From sequence record NC_048668.1: DNA of 64,000 bases. One strand, given 5' to 3'. The position numbers were made by a program, and so were the translations under genes. Of this stretch, positions 9,827 to 18,494 are shown one piece after another. Positions within the stretch are counted from its first letter, which is position 1. Each line of letters opens with the position of its first letter. The notes under the pieces are model-generated. The model did not search any database and was not told the DNA's origin. It was given only the letters and a program-made list of their open reading frames with translations.

Positions 9827-10267
9827 ATGCGCAAACAATGTATTATTTGTAACGTAACCTTCGATCTTTCCCAATTCATGCGTGACGGTAAAGAACATGC
9901 CGATTGCAATGGTTGCAACTGCTTCCAAAAAGCGAAGCCTGCTGCCAAAGTATTTGAACGTGTTACTGAGGTAAAAGATACCTGCAAGTGCCCGACGTGT
10001 TTAGAAGAGAAATCGATTAAAGAGTTCACAAAGGACTACAAGGTATATCGTTATTGCAATACCTGTCGTACCGAAGCACTCGAAAAACGAAGTGCAAAAA
10101 ACAAAGAACTCTTGGGTGCATTCGCGCCCAAATCTCAAACGCTTTGCCGCTGTTATCGTTGCGGTCGCATTAGTGCCACAACGAGTGGGGATTTTAAAAT
10201 ATCAACAACCTCCGAAACAGGGTATAGCTTTTACTGTTATACGGTTTGTAAAGGGAGACGTGGATGA
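9827..10267 (+). CDS. multi-zinc-ribbon protein
   Basis: repeated CxxC pairs with KxxxEF spacing. Confidence 0.6.
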   Translation: MRKQCIICNVTFDLSQFMRDGKEHADCNGCNCFQKAKPAAKVFERVTEVKDTCKCPTCLEEKSIKEFTKDYKVYRYCNTCRTEALEKRSAKNKELLGAFAPKSQTLCRCYRCGRISATTSGDFKISTTSETGYSFYCYTVCKGRRG

Positions 10268-10725
10268 AAGTCACCGTTAAACTTTCTGAAGGTATTGTTC
10301 AGAACGTTTCAGTGATCGATGATAGTAACGACGTAGTGCTGAACATCGCCCGTCGTTCCTCGGTAGCCAGACATTGTTTAATCGTTGGTACCAAAGACGG
10401 TTTACAAGTTTACCGCATTACTCGTACGCAGGCTGGTCGTAAGTTACCGATCCGCCCACTACTTAATCTCATCGAAGAAGATCTGAAAAGCCACTATAAC
10501 TTAATGTTCCGTGGCGTATGCTGGGGTAAGCCGTCCTACTCTGTTTACAATGGCGTTAACCACTTCGTACTCAATACCTGTTTTATTAGTACCTGGGAAG
10601 GCGAAATCACCGAAGTCTTTAAAGAGACTCTGGAAAAGGCTGGGCTAGACACAGTTCCCAAAGCTGGACTTGTCGAGTTCATCAAGTACTTTACCTTCCA
10701 AACACCTGAGCCAGAAGAAGAATAG
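10264..10725 (+). CDS. hypothetical protein
   Basis: ATGA overlap with previous gene. Confidence 0.7.
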   Translation: MKVTVKLSEGIVQNVSVIDDSNDVVLNIARRSSVARHCLIVGTKDGLQVYRITRTQAGRKLPIRPLLNLIEEDLKSHYNLMFRGVCWGKPSYSVYNGVNHFVLNTCFISTWEGEITEVFKETLEKAGLDTVPKAGLVEFIKYFTFQTPEPEEE

Positions 10726-10800
10726 AGAGAGCCTCTGCACACTTTGTGTGCAGAGGTTTTTCTTTCTGTTACCCTCTTTTCTTTTTTGTTAGGAGTGCCC

Positions 10801-11608
10801 ATGGAACAAGTCACCTCAGCTATACCTGAGTCTACTGTAGATGAAAACAAGTATGCCATGACCTTCATGCTTTCTTTCAAACCAGAGAATGTAACACCTG
10901 GGTCATTGATTATCGACTTGTATGCCAATGGGGAAACTTACCCCGTTACTGCTCTCTGTACCGCTGGGCTATGAAGTTCCATTTGAGAACACCGGGGACG
11001 TTAAGAAGATTATTGAAACCCTGATGAAAGGGGGTGCTAAGTTCACGGATGATTGGAGGATTGTTTCTACTTTCCTGGTCCACAAGGTCAGCCTCATCGA
11101 CGATATGTATCGCTTTGAGTTTGGTGAAGTCGTTTGCGTTCCACACGTAGACGAAGATGGGTTCGTTAGCGACTATCAGGTTTTGGCTGACGATACTGAA
11201 CTCGATATGTCTGTTCACCGCATTGATCGCCATCTCATTGTTGTTCACGATAAAGTCAGCAATGAAGATATTACCGTCCACATGGTGACTGAAGATCAAC
11301 CGGTTAAAACTGGGGACTGCATCGCCACAATCTTCGATATCGATACCAAGGAGAACTTCATCTACAACCTTTACAACTACAAACGTAAAGACGATGAAGA
11401 AAAGACCAACTACATCTGCGCCATGGTTTGGTTGACTCAAACTCAATCACTTGGTCAGTTTAGTTTCATGACAGGTGACTTCAGTTTGGCTAAGAGCGAC
11501 TTAGGTGATATTGACCCAGGTTACCTTGCAGCGACAGTAACAGAACCAGACGGAACTGAGTACGATTTCGAAATTCCTAAAGAGCACTATATCGCCTCAC
11601 TTCACTAA
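10801..11608 (+). CDS. hypothetical protein, +1 frameshift near 10967
   Basis: SD AGGAG + ATG 10801; removing one G in GCTGGGCTATG joins to the 228-aa frame. Confidence 0.6.
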
Positions 11609-11648
11609 AACAAAATAGGTAGGAGGGTTTCCCCTCCTACTTGTGACC

Positions 11649-12482
11649 TTACATGAATCCGCCGATAAGGTTTCGGTAATAGTTCCCAGCTGCACTGGCA
11701 TCCGAAAGGAAGTTGACAGCTTGCCATTCTTCCCTGAAGTATTCTTTATAGAGCTCTGCTGCATCCGAGTATCCGTCGACGAACTCTTGGATGACTGGCA
11801 TTTCACTACCACCTTCCAAGTAGCCCTGATTAAGACTTACCTTCAGATTATTATAGATCCATGCTTTCGTTGCATAGACGCACAGCTGAACAAATTGTGG
11901 AACAGCCCTAGGTGGCAGGGTATTCATATCAGCGTCATGGGAAACACGGCAGGTAATAGAGCCTTGTTTAACAGAACCCATGTAGTCCGTGATGAGAATC
12001 GTATTCTCACCAATCAGACGGACAGCTGCTGAACCCGTAAGACCACCTGGGGCGGCGGAGGTGAGGATTTTAGATGCGTAGTTCATCAACTGGGAGTTAC
12101 CACAGTTGTTCATCGAGTAGTCGTTGTTCAACGTACCACCGATCATGGTTTGTGCACCCAGGTTATACGTATAGTTGAAGTACAACGTTTCAACAATAGT
12201 ACGACCCTGAGTTAAACGTTTAGGGATACGTACCACGGTACGATAGTCACCAGTTGGATCAGGGATTACTTCCGCTTGAGCTAATGGGATGTTAATCTCA
12301 AGAGCACCGAGAAGGTTACAATCTGCCCTGACTTTCGCATCGATAACTTTGTTACGGATCTCCCAGTCCAATGACCCCGGAGAGATTCGTTCCCTTCCTC
12401 GTTTACCGAGAAATGCTATTTCAAGGACATCGGTTGGAATTTCAAACCGAATATCCGAGATAACTTTATGAAGGACTGACAT
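11649..12482 (-). CDS. conserved phiKZ-like core protein (probably virion), divergent from phuZ
   Basis: 277-aa ORF, SD AGGAGG; synteny. Confidence 0.55.
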   Translation of the reverse strand: MSVLHKVISDIRFEIPTDVLEIAFLGKRGRERISPGSLDWEIRNKVIDAKVRADCNLLGALEINIPLAQAEVIPDPTGDYRTVVRIPKRLTQGRTIVETLYFNYTYNLGAQTMIGGTLNNDYSMNNCGNSQLMNYASKILTSAAPGGLTGSAAVRLIGENTILITDYMGSVKQGSITCRVSHDADMNTLPPRAVPQFVQLCVYATKAWIYNNLKVSLNQGYLEGGSEMPVIQEFVDGYSDAAELYKEYFREEWQAVNFLSDASAAGNYYRNLIGGFM

Positions 12483-12512
12483 GGGCTACCTCCTAGTAGG
12501 ATCCGTCAGGTT

Positions 12513-12543
12513 ATTTTTTACATCTCTTCTGAAGATGTGTAGC
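12513..12543. promoter_or_regulatory. pseudo-palindromic divergent promoter candidate
   Basis: TTTTTTACAT...GATGTGTAG between divergent genes. Confidence 0.4.
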
Positions 12544-12588
12544 AATTACACAGATAAAGTAGTTTTTTCTTATCAGTAGTGAGGAAAT

Positions 12589-13551
12589 ATGCAAACTCGT
12601 AATAGCGTCTCTATCTATGGTTGTGGCGGTGCCGGTATCGACCTGGTAAACCGTCTGCTCGATCAAGACCTCAGTGGTCTGGCTTATGTCAACGCTGCCT
12701 TCGTAGACAGCAGCAAATCCAACTTCAACGGACGCTACGATCCTAAGACGTGTTACGTCCTGGAAGGCGTAGATGGCTCCGGTAAAGAGCGTTCGATCAA
12801 CTACCCTCTGATCGCTCGTGCAGTAGACGATGTTCTGCTGTCACACAAACCATCCGACCTGAACATCCTGGTCTTCTCTGCATCCGGCGGTACTGGTTCA
12901 GTATTCTCACTGAAAATCGCCGAAGCGCTGTGGGAACAAAACAAAGCCGTTCTGCTGTTCGTCGTCGGTTCGACCGAAAGCGGTAAAACCACCGGTAACG
13001 TTCTGGATACTCTGTATTCGATCGATACCATGGCTCGGAAGAAAAACGTCTCTGCGGTTGTCTACTACGACACCAATGGCAGCAACGTCCGTAACTCTGA
13101 AGTCGACATCAACATGCTGACCGGTATGCGTTGGATCCTGGATCTCTACGCAGGTACTCACCACGGCCTTGATAGCGCCGATGTTCTCAACTGGGCTCGT
13201 CCTACTAGCGGCGCCAAAGTAACACCTCAGCTCTGCCTGCTGGACATCACCGAAGATCGCAACGAAGCGATCGAAATCGAAGCACCAATCTCTGTTGCTG
13301 AACTGCACGGTGACGACTATCGTGGTGAAGGTACTATCGCCGCTGACTACAGCGCGTATGGTAACCGTCGCGAAAGTGGTAAAGGTTCTCTGTACTTCAG
13401 CATCTACACCCATGGCCTGGGTTCGCTGATGGATGAACTGAAAACCATCAAGGACGATTACGAGCGTCGTAAGGCCTCTCGTGAGAAACTGACTTCTTCT
13501 GTAATGAAGAACTCTGGGCCGTCCGAAGACGACGGGATGTTTTTCTCCTAA
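12589..13551 (+). CDS. phuZ: PhuZ phage tubulin
   Basis: GCGGAG T1 loop, SASGGTGS tubulin signature, acidic-aromatic C-tail EDDGMFFS. Confidence 0.92.
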   Translation: MQTRNSVSIYGCGGAGIDLVNRLLDQDLSGLAYVNAAFVDSSKSNFNGRYDPKTCYVLEGVDGSGKERSINYPLIARAVDDVLLSHKPSDLNILVFSASGGTGSVFSLKIAEALWEQNKAVLLFVVGSTESGKTTGNVLDTLYSIDTMARKKNVSAVVYYDTNGSNVRNSEVDINMLTGMRWILDLYAGTHHGLDSADVLNWARPTSGAKVTPQLCLLDITEDRNEAIEIEAPISVAELHGDDYRGEGTIAADYSAYGNRRESGKGSLYFSIYTHGLGSLMDELKTIKDDYERRKASREKLTSSVMKNSGPSEDDGMFFS

Positions 13552-13554
13552 TAG

Positions 13555-13878
13555 TATGTAGAAAACATTCTTCGTGTTTCAAAGTAGTTCAATCTTGATC
13601 TTCGGCAGTTAACGCTGCGCTTGGATTCGGATAAAACTCTGGGCGGGGTTAACCTCCCGCTCCGTTTAACAATTTGGAAAAGGTCTGAAGAAGACCAACT
13701 CCTCGCGGATTAAGTTCCGTACATTAGCCGACTAAATCGTATTCGGCTCTAAACAAGATATACCGCACTATAGATCTGCAAACAAACGTTGAACGATTGA
13801 ACGCTGTAGCGTCTTCCTTCCGTAGCTATCTCCCTCGGCGACCTTAACCGGTCGTCGGGGAGAGATATGCTATTATGA
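13555..13878 (+). ncRNA. candidate structured intergenic RNA
   Basis: GTATGTAGAA start motif, several hairpins, long terminal hairpin, no ORF. Confidence 0.35.
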
Positions 13879-13904
13879 CTTTTTGCTCGAAATGATTTCA
13901 GAAC

Positions 13905-13912
13905 TATATTAC
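13905..13912 (+). promoter_or_regulatory. early (virion RNAP-type) promoter TATATTAC
   Basis: matches the phiKZ early motif; TATATTAC-N5-TGA. Confidence 0.7.
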
Positions 13913-14037
13913 TACAATGATAGGAGTTTTATACTCTAGAACTTACTGTATCAAATTGTACGTAGCTTTCACTTATAATGAGGGTAGTTGCTGCACATTT
14001 GGTATTAAATTGAATCTGGTGGATTACAGGGACAATT

Positions 14038-14430
14038 ATGATTGGGCAAACTACAGTAGTAGGTAACGTACCATTGCTGTTACGTTCTATCACGAAACCT
14101 TATCCTTACTTAGTCCATGAGAACACGATCTTCCAATTGATGTTATTCACTTGGTGGAGTGTAGGTGACCTCGGCTGGGCAGAGCAGTTGTATACCTGGG
14201 TAATCAGGACTGGTAAGGATGAGCTTCCTCGAGCAGCCATGCTACTACCGGGAAGGAACCCGGTCGATTACGATAGGATGTTATTCGAGATATTTGATAA
14301 CGTCTGTAATCACGAAGACATCCTCACTGACTACATGATCTCGAGCTTCGACCATTATCGACATCTGTACATTGAGGAAATCTATTTTAGGAAAAGGGAA
14401 TTCACACTGAAACTAGCGGTGAGAAAATGA
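14038..14430 (+). CDS. hypothetical protein
   Basis: first gene of translationally coupled operon upstream of DNA polymerase. Confidence 0.65.
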   Translation: MIGQTTVVGNVPLLLRSITKPYPYLVHENTIFQLMLFTWWSVGDLGWAEQLYTWVIRTGKDELPRAAMLLPGRNPVDYDRMLFEIFDNVCNHEDILTDYMISSFDHYRHLYIEEIYFRKREFTLKLAVRK

Positions 14431-14792
14431 TTATACTTTACGACATCAACACGATGATCAGTATAGCGAGAAAGATAGACCCAGAACTGAGCCAAGGAGA
14501 CTTGCTTGAAATATTCATATTTTGCATTACGAAAGACAATGATCTAAATTTGGTACATCCGACTTATATTGACGGATCAAACAGAAGAGTAGCTGAGACA
14601 GTCAGGAGATTATGGCGGTTCATGCCAGGTTATAATTTCTTGGATATAGAGGATGTTCAACTCGCTCCATTCGGCCGTGTAGCAATACACGTAGATGAAG
14701 AGGAGTTCTACGACAGAAACCCTAATGCAATCCCTAGGAGTAAGTCATGGAGAGAATATACCGTCTCGACTACCCAATGTCTGTTCAAGTAA
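14427..14792 (+). CDS. hypothetical protein
   Basis: ATGA overlap. Confidence 0.65.
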   Translation: MIILYDINTMISIARKIDPELSQGDLLEIFIFCITKDNDLNLVHPTYIDGSNRRVAETVRRLWRFMPGYNFLDIEDVQLAPFGRVAIHVDEEEFYDRNPNAIPRSKSWREYTVSTTQCLFK

Positions 14793-15163
14793 TCCTGAAT
14801 AAGCTGGATGGTTTGGAAGCTAAATACCGATTCCTTTATTCGTTAGTGAACACCGCTATATGGACAGGGATCTACGAAGGGGAATCGGATAAAACCCTTT
14901 CCTTCAACGAACATTATTACAACGATCACATCGAGTACGTATACGACGACGAAGAGATGTCTGAAGAAACTCTACAGGCTAGGATGAAGGAGTTGGATTT
15001 CTTATCTGACTTATTCACTCGACCTGAGGGAATCAATCTCTTCGAGAACAGCCTGGCTACAATGGGTCGTTCTTTGTCAGATATCGTAGACGGTTTAGCC
15101 GATCCAGTTCTGGCTGTAGAAACCGCCTTGATTAGTCACTACGATGTTTCAGTTATGGATTAG
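14747..15163 (+). CDS. hypothetical protein
   Basis: SD AGGAG; acidic 138 aa. Confidence 0.65.
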   Translation: MERIYRLDYPMSVQVILNKLDGLEAKYRFLYSLVNTAIWTGIYEGESDKTLSFNEHYYNDHIEYVYDDEEMSEETLQARMKELDFLSDLFTRPEGINLFENSLATMGRSLSDIVDGLADPVLAVETALISHYDVSVMD

Positions 15164-15172
15164 AGGATTGCA

Positions 15173-15652
15173 ATGGGCAAGTTAGTTGTCGTAGATAGTT
15201 ATTCGTTAACCGGGTTCTTGCTCAGTACAATACGACAGTTTATCCGTCGGTATCCTGAGTACCGTGAACGAATCGATCCGAACATTTCGATAAACAATTT
15301 GCAAGAAACTACCGAGCGCATCATCTGGAATATCATTCAGAAGGACAAGCGTTTCGGTTCCCCGGAGTATTGGGATGAGGTTCAGGAAATCGGGAAGTGG
15401 TTCAAGGGCTACGATCCCGAAGGCGTCTATATAGACGACCGTGGTGAAGAGCAAAATAGCGATGAGATGTCAGGTGAATTCTTCCGTGAAGTTATCGACA
15501 TGTACGAAGTTCGTATCCGGTCAGTATTGGGATCGATCGGCGTAGATCTCAGCTGGGAATATTTGGAGTACGAGAAATCTACACCAACCGCTCTTCTATT
15601 ACGGAGTCACGGTGACTATCGTATTTACGATTATCACAAACGTAATGGGTGA
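15173..15652 (+). CDS. hypothetical protein
   Basis: SD GAGGA. Confidence 0.65.
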   Translation: MGKLVVVDSYSLTGFLLSTIRQFIRRYPEYRERIDPNISINNLQETTERIIWNIIQKDKRFGSPEYWDEVQEIGKWFKGYDPEGVYIDDRGEEQNSDEMSGEFFREVIDMYEVRIRSVLGSIGVDLSWEYLEYEKSTPTALLLRSHGDYRIYDYHKRNG

Positions 15653-15655
15653 GTT

Positions 15656-16003
15656 ATGAGGACATGGTTGATTCCAGTAGAAACGCTACGGGCAAGATAC
15701 ACGAGGTTACTCGATAATGTAGATCGGGATGCGAAGAACTCAGTTAACGTTGAGGTGCATCTGAAATACTTGTTGGCTAACCTTATGGAACCCGATCTCT
15801 TCTCCTACCGTGTTGATGAGATAGCGAACGACTTGAGTATGTTTGGTTTCGACCATATTGTCTTTGATTGTTTGGTCTTGGAGGTTAGTGATTTCTTCAA
15901 GAAACAAATCGTCTATCACACCGGCTTACCCCCGCATCTTTTCGAAGGAAACTGGCACCTTGACTTCCCAACAAGAACGTTATCGGTCAGTGCATATTGT
16001 TGA
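15656..16003 (+). CDS. hypothetical protein
   Basis: operon continuity. Confidence 0.6.
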   Translation: MRTWLIPVETLRARYTRLLDNVDRDAKNSVNVEVHLKYLLANLMEPDLFSYRVDEIANDLSMFGFDHIVFDCLVLEVSDFFKKQIVYHTGLPPHLFEGNWHLDFPTRTLSVSAYC

Positions 16004-16463
16004 TATCTCGAACCTACTCAGTCTATTTAAAGTCATGGTGAGTCCGTATGGGCTCTCCGTGGCTGATTGTGTTCGGGTAGCATTCCTTTATGCCATGACC
16101 TATTCAGTAAACAGTGATGGATCCTCTGTCTTTGACATGAGGTTACGTTATCGTATCGTTAATGAGATGGAGGTACTGGTCGAGAAATCGTTGATCAAAC
16201 ATCCACTTAATAACGAAGAGGAGTATGAATTACATCGGACTAATATCTACCTGATGATTCAGAAAATGTCTCGTAATCTAGGGCCGCAATCCTCAGGGTA
16301 CTTCGGCGTTATTGATTCTATAGAGGATATAATGTTCGATTTTGATCTCACCTTAGGAACGCTCTATGTTAGATTTAAGAAGCCCGCCTGGGAGGCATTC
16401 AAAGAGAATAGTTCTATATCTCGACTACAAAGAGGAAATCCACGATCTCTATCTCAGCCTTAG
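15843..16463 (+). CDS. hypothetical protein (true start probably GTG near 15989)
   Basis: operon continuity; start uncertain. Confidence 0.5.
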   Translation: MVSTILSLIVWSWRLVISSRNKSSITPAYPRIFSKETGTLTSQQERYRSVHIVDISNLLSLFKVMVSPYGLSVADCVRVAFLYAMTYSVNSDGSSVFDMRLRYRIVNEMEVLVEKSLIKHPLNNEEEYELHRTNIYLMIQKMSRNLGPQSSGYFGVIDSIEDIMFDFDLTLGTLYVRFKKPAWEAFKENSSISRLQRGNPRSLSQP

Positions 16464-16773
16464 TAAAGACTGGGGGATCATTGGAGCACCTCGATTGTTG
16501 ATCGAAGGGGCTATCAACTCTATTACGGCCTCTACGCCTCCTAAGGTAATACTTAAGGAACTCTCCGAAATCATCATGTTAGTTCGTAATCCGTTCTTCC
16601 AGAAAGAGAATTGGGACATGAACAACTGGATGTCTGACGCGCTCGTTTTTTACGGCATGTTTCAAAAGTTCTATGCGCATGTTCTACTTGCCAGGAACTT
16701 AACCGGAGAGTACTCCGTATCATCTATCGACTTCAGTCAATCTTCAATAAGGTTGATGTTGGAGAAACCATGA
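16366..16773 (+). CDS. hypothetical protein
   Basis: operon continuity; start uncertain. Confidence 0.55.
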   Translation: MLDLRSPPGRHSKRIVLYLDYKEEIHDLYLSLSKDWGIIGAPRLLIEGAINSITASTPPKVILKELSEIIMLVRNPFFQKENWDMNNWMSDALVFYGMFQKFYAHVLLARNLTGEYSVSSIDFSQSSIRLMLEKP

Positions 16774-17210
16774 TTAACCGTAACTTCACTTCCACGGCAT
16801 TATTCGAGATTCGTGGATGGAATGCAAGTGTTCTAGATGCATTCGTAAAGAGGCACGCTCCGGATCTAACTGGCCCGGAGTTACTTAAGTATGCTGCTCA
16901 GTTGTCTTTGGATTACTACATCCATCCCAATGGAGAAGCGTTTGATAATCTCCAGGATAATCTTGAAGAACAGTTTGGTTATAACGAGTTGACGGAAGAT
17001 AGCCCGGATTACGTTTATGAGCAAATTGAACGTGAAGTGCAAGTATATGTGGAAATCGTATCTGACTTCGCAAGGTATCTTGATAAAGAAATCGAACGCA
17101 TCGCCAGCCGTATCGACATCCCGTTGAGCCGAGTCAGTATTGATCGTGCATTCGTACGCGGGCACACATTCGGTTTACAGTTAGTCGATTATGACCGGGA
17201 GGTTTGGTGA
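16770..17210 (+). CDS. hypothetical protein
   Basis: ATGA overlap, SD GGAG. Confidence 0.65.
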   Translation: MINRNFTSTALFEIRGWNASVLDAFVKRHAPDLTGPELLKYAAQLSLDYYIHPNGEAFDNLQDNLEEQFGYNELTEDSPDYVYEQIEREVQVYVEIVSDFARYLDKEIERIASRIDIPLSRVSIDRAFVRGHTFGLQLVDYDREVW

Positions 17211-17662
17211 GCACCGTAGCTAAAGTAATTGTCTTTGAAGCACTTGAGTATTTAAGGCTGTTGGAAAACCTGTGTTCTGTAGTAGAAGCCTCTGACGAAA
17301 TGGTATATGTCAACCGTGAAGGTATTACCCATTGTATTCTGGATGATATCATGAGCGGCGGCACATTCGAGGGCTCTATGCGGGGCTATGTGTTTGCCGA
17401 TAGTAAATGTAAAATGGATGTTGCTCTTGAAATAATCGAAGAGCAGCGTGAGTTATTAAGGAATGAATTGACTCAGGTAATGATGCGTCAGTGCATGGGT
17501 GTAATCAAAGATGCCTCTTTCATTGATAACTTCACCATACTCGGGTTAACTAAATCCATTGCGATGAGATACCTGACAAATGATTCTGAAATGTTACCAC
17601 AGCAGCGTATATCTCCCCGTCGTAATTGGGGAATACGTAGACGCGATAACCGGGCGTATTAA
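17204..17662 (+). CDS. hypothetical protein
   Basis: SD GGAGG, GTG start. Confidence 0.6.
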   Translation: MVSTVAKVIVFEALEYLRLLENLCSVVEASDEMVYVNREGITHCILDDIMSGGTFEGSMRGYVFADSKCKMDVALEIIEEQRELLRNELTQVMMRQCMGVIKDASFIDNFTILGLTKSIAMRYLTNDSEMLPQQRISPRRNWGIRRRDNRAY

Positions 17663-17960
17663 GAAAGAGGCTAGCGAGTCTGGGGAAGATCTGGAGATCG
17701 ACCCCGTCTTCGTCATGGAAGAAGCCGTTAAAGAGATTGAATGGTGTTTCATTGAACTGTTGTCTCTCGAGGAAGGAGCGCCGCCTACTTTCGATTGGTT
17801 AATTAACTCGAGTTTACCTGCAATCAACTTCTATCGTTCTTTGATGGATACCGATGTCTTCACCCATCTACGCAATGAGGAGTTCGACTTCGTAAGTCTG
17901 GATGTTATGAATTCTTGCGAAATCTTAGTAACTCTGAAATGGAGAAGTAAAAATGGCTGA
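17580..17960 (+). CDS. hypothetical protein
   Basis: operon continuity. Confidence 0.6.
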   Translation: MILKCYHSSVYLPVVIGEYVDAITGRIKKEASESGEDLEIDPVFVMEEAVKEIEWCFIELLSLEEGAPPTFDWLINSSLPAINFYRSLMDTDVFTHLRNEEFDFVSLDVMNSCEILVTLKWRSKNG

Positions 17961-18378
17961 AGCAGGTAACAAGATCCTGGGTAAGTTTAACCTGGGTGAT
18001 CGGGTTACGTTCCAGATTTACCCGGTGACACTTTACGGTGACATTTTCCGTAACTGCGTCCCTACTGACCTTATCTCGTTCAAGTCAACGCCTCGATTTA
18101 ATGTCGATGCTGCGGCTGAACACGCTAAGGTCTACAACTTACTTCCACCTGGCCAAGCGCCAAATGACCCTGCGGGTTATAAGTGGTTAGTAGTTACTCT
18201 GGAGAACGGCGATGAGCGCGTAATCGGTTTACCTTGGATTAAGGTTGATACAATCCAGGTAATCCAGGTAGTTAACACCTACGTGACTATCCCGAACACT
18301 GCCCCAGAAGATCAAGAGAAGATTCGACTGGCACTCTCTGCCGCAGGTTTCAACGACGTCGAAATCAATCAGCGATAA
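17953..18378 (+). CDS. conserved core protein preceding DNA polymerase (phiKZ gp49 position)
   Basis: SD GGAG; synteny; followed by terminator. Confidence 0.6.
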   Translation: MAEAGNKILGKFNLGDRVTFQIYPVTLYGDIFRNCVPTDLISFKSTPRFNVDAAAEHAKVYNLLPPGQAPNDPAGYKWLVVTLENGDERVIGLPWIKVDTIQVIQVVNTYVTIPNTAPEDQEKIRLALSAAGFNDVEINQR

Positions 18379-18494
18379 CATACTCCTCCCTCTGCCATTA
18401 GGCAGAGGGAGGGCTATTTATTCTCTTTCTTTTTTCTTTTACGTCATGAGCTGATGGTATAGATGAAAGTTTAAGATTAGAAAAAGGGATTAAC

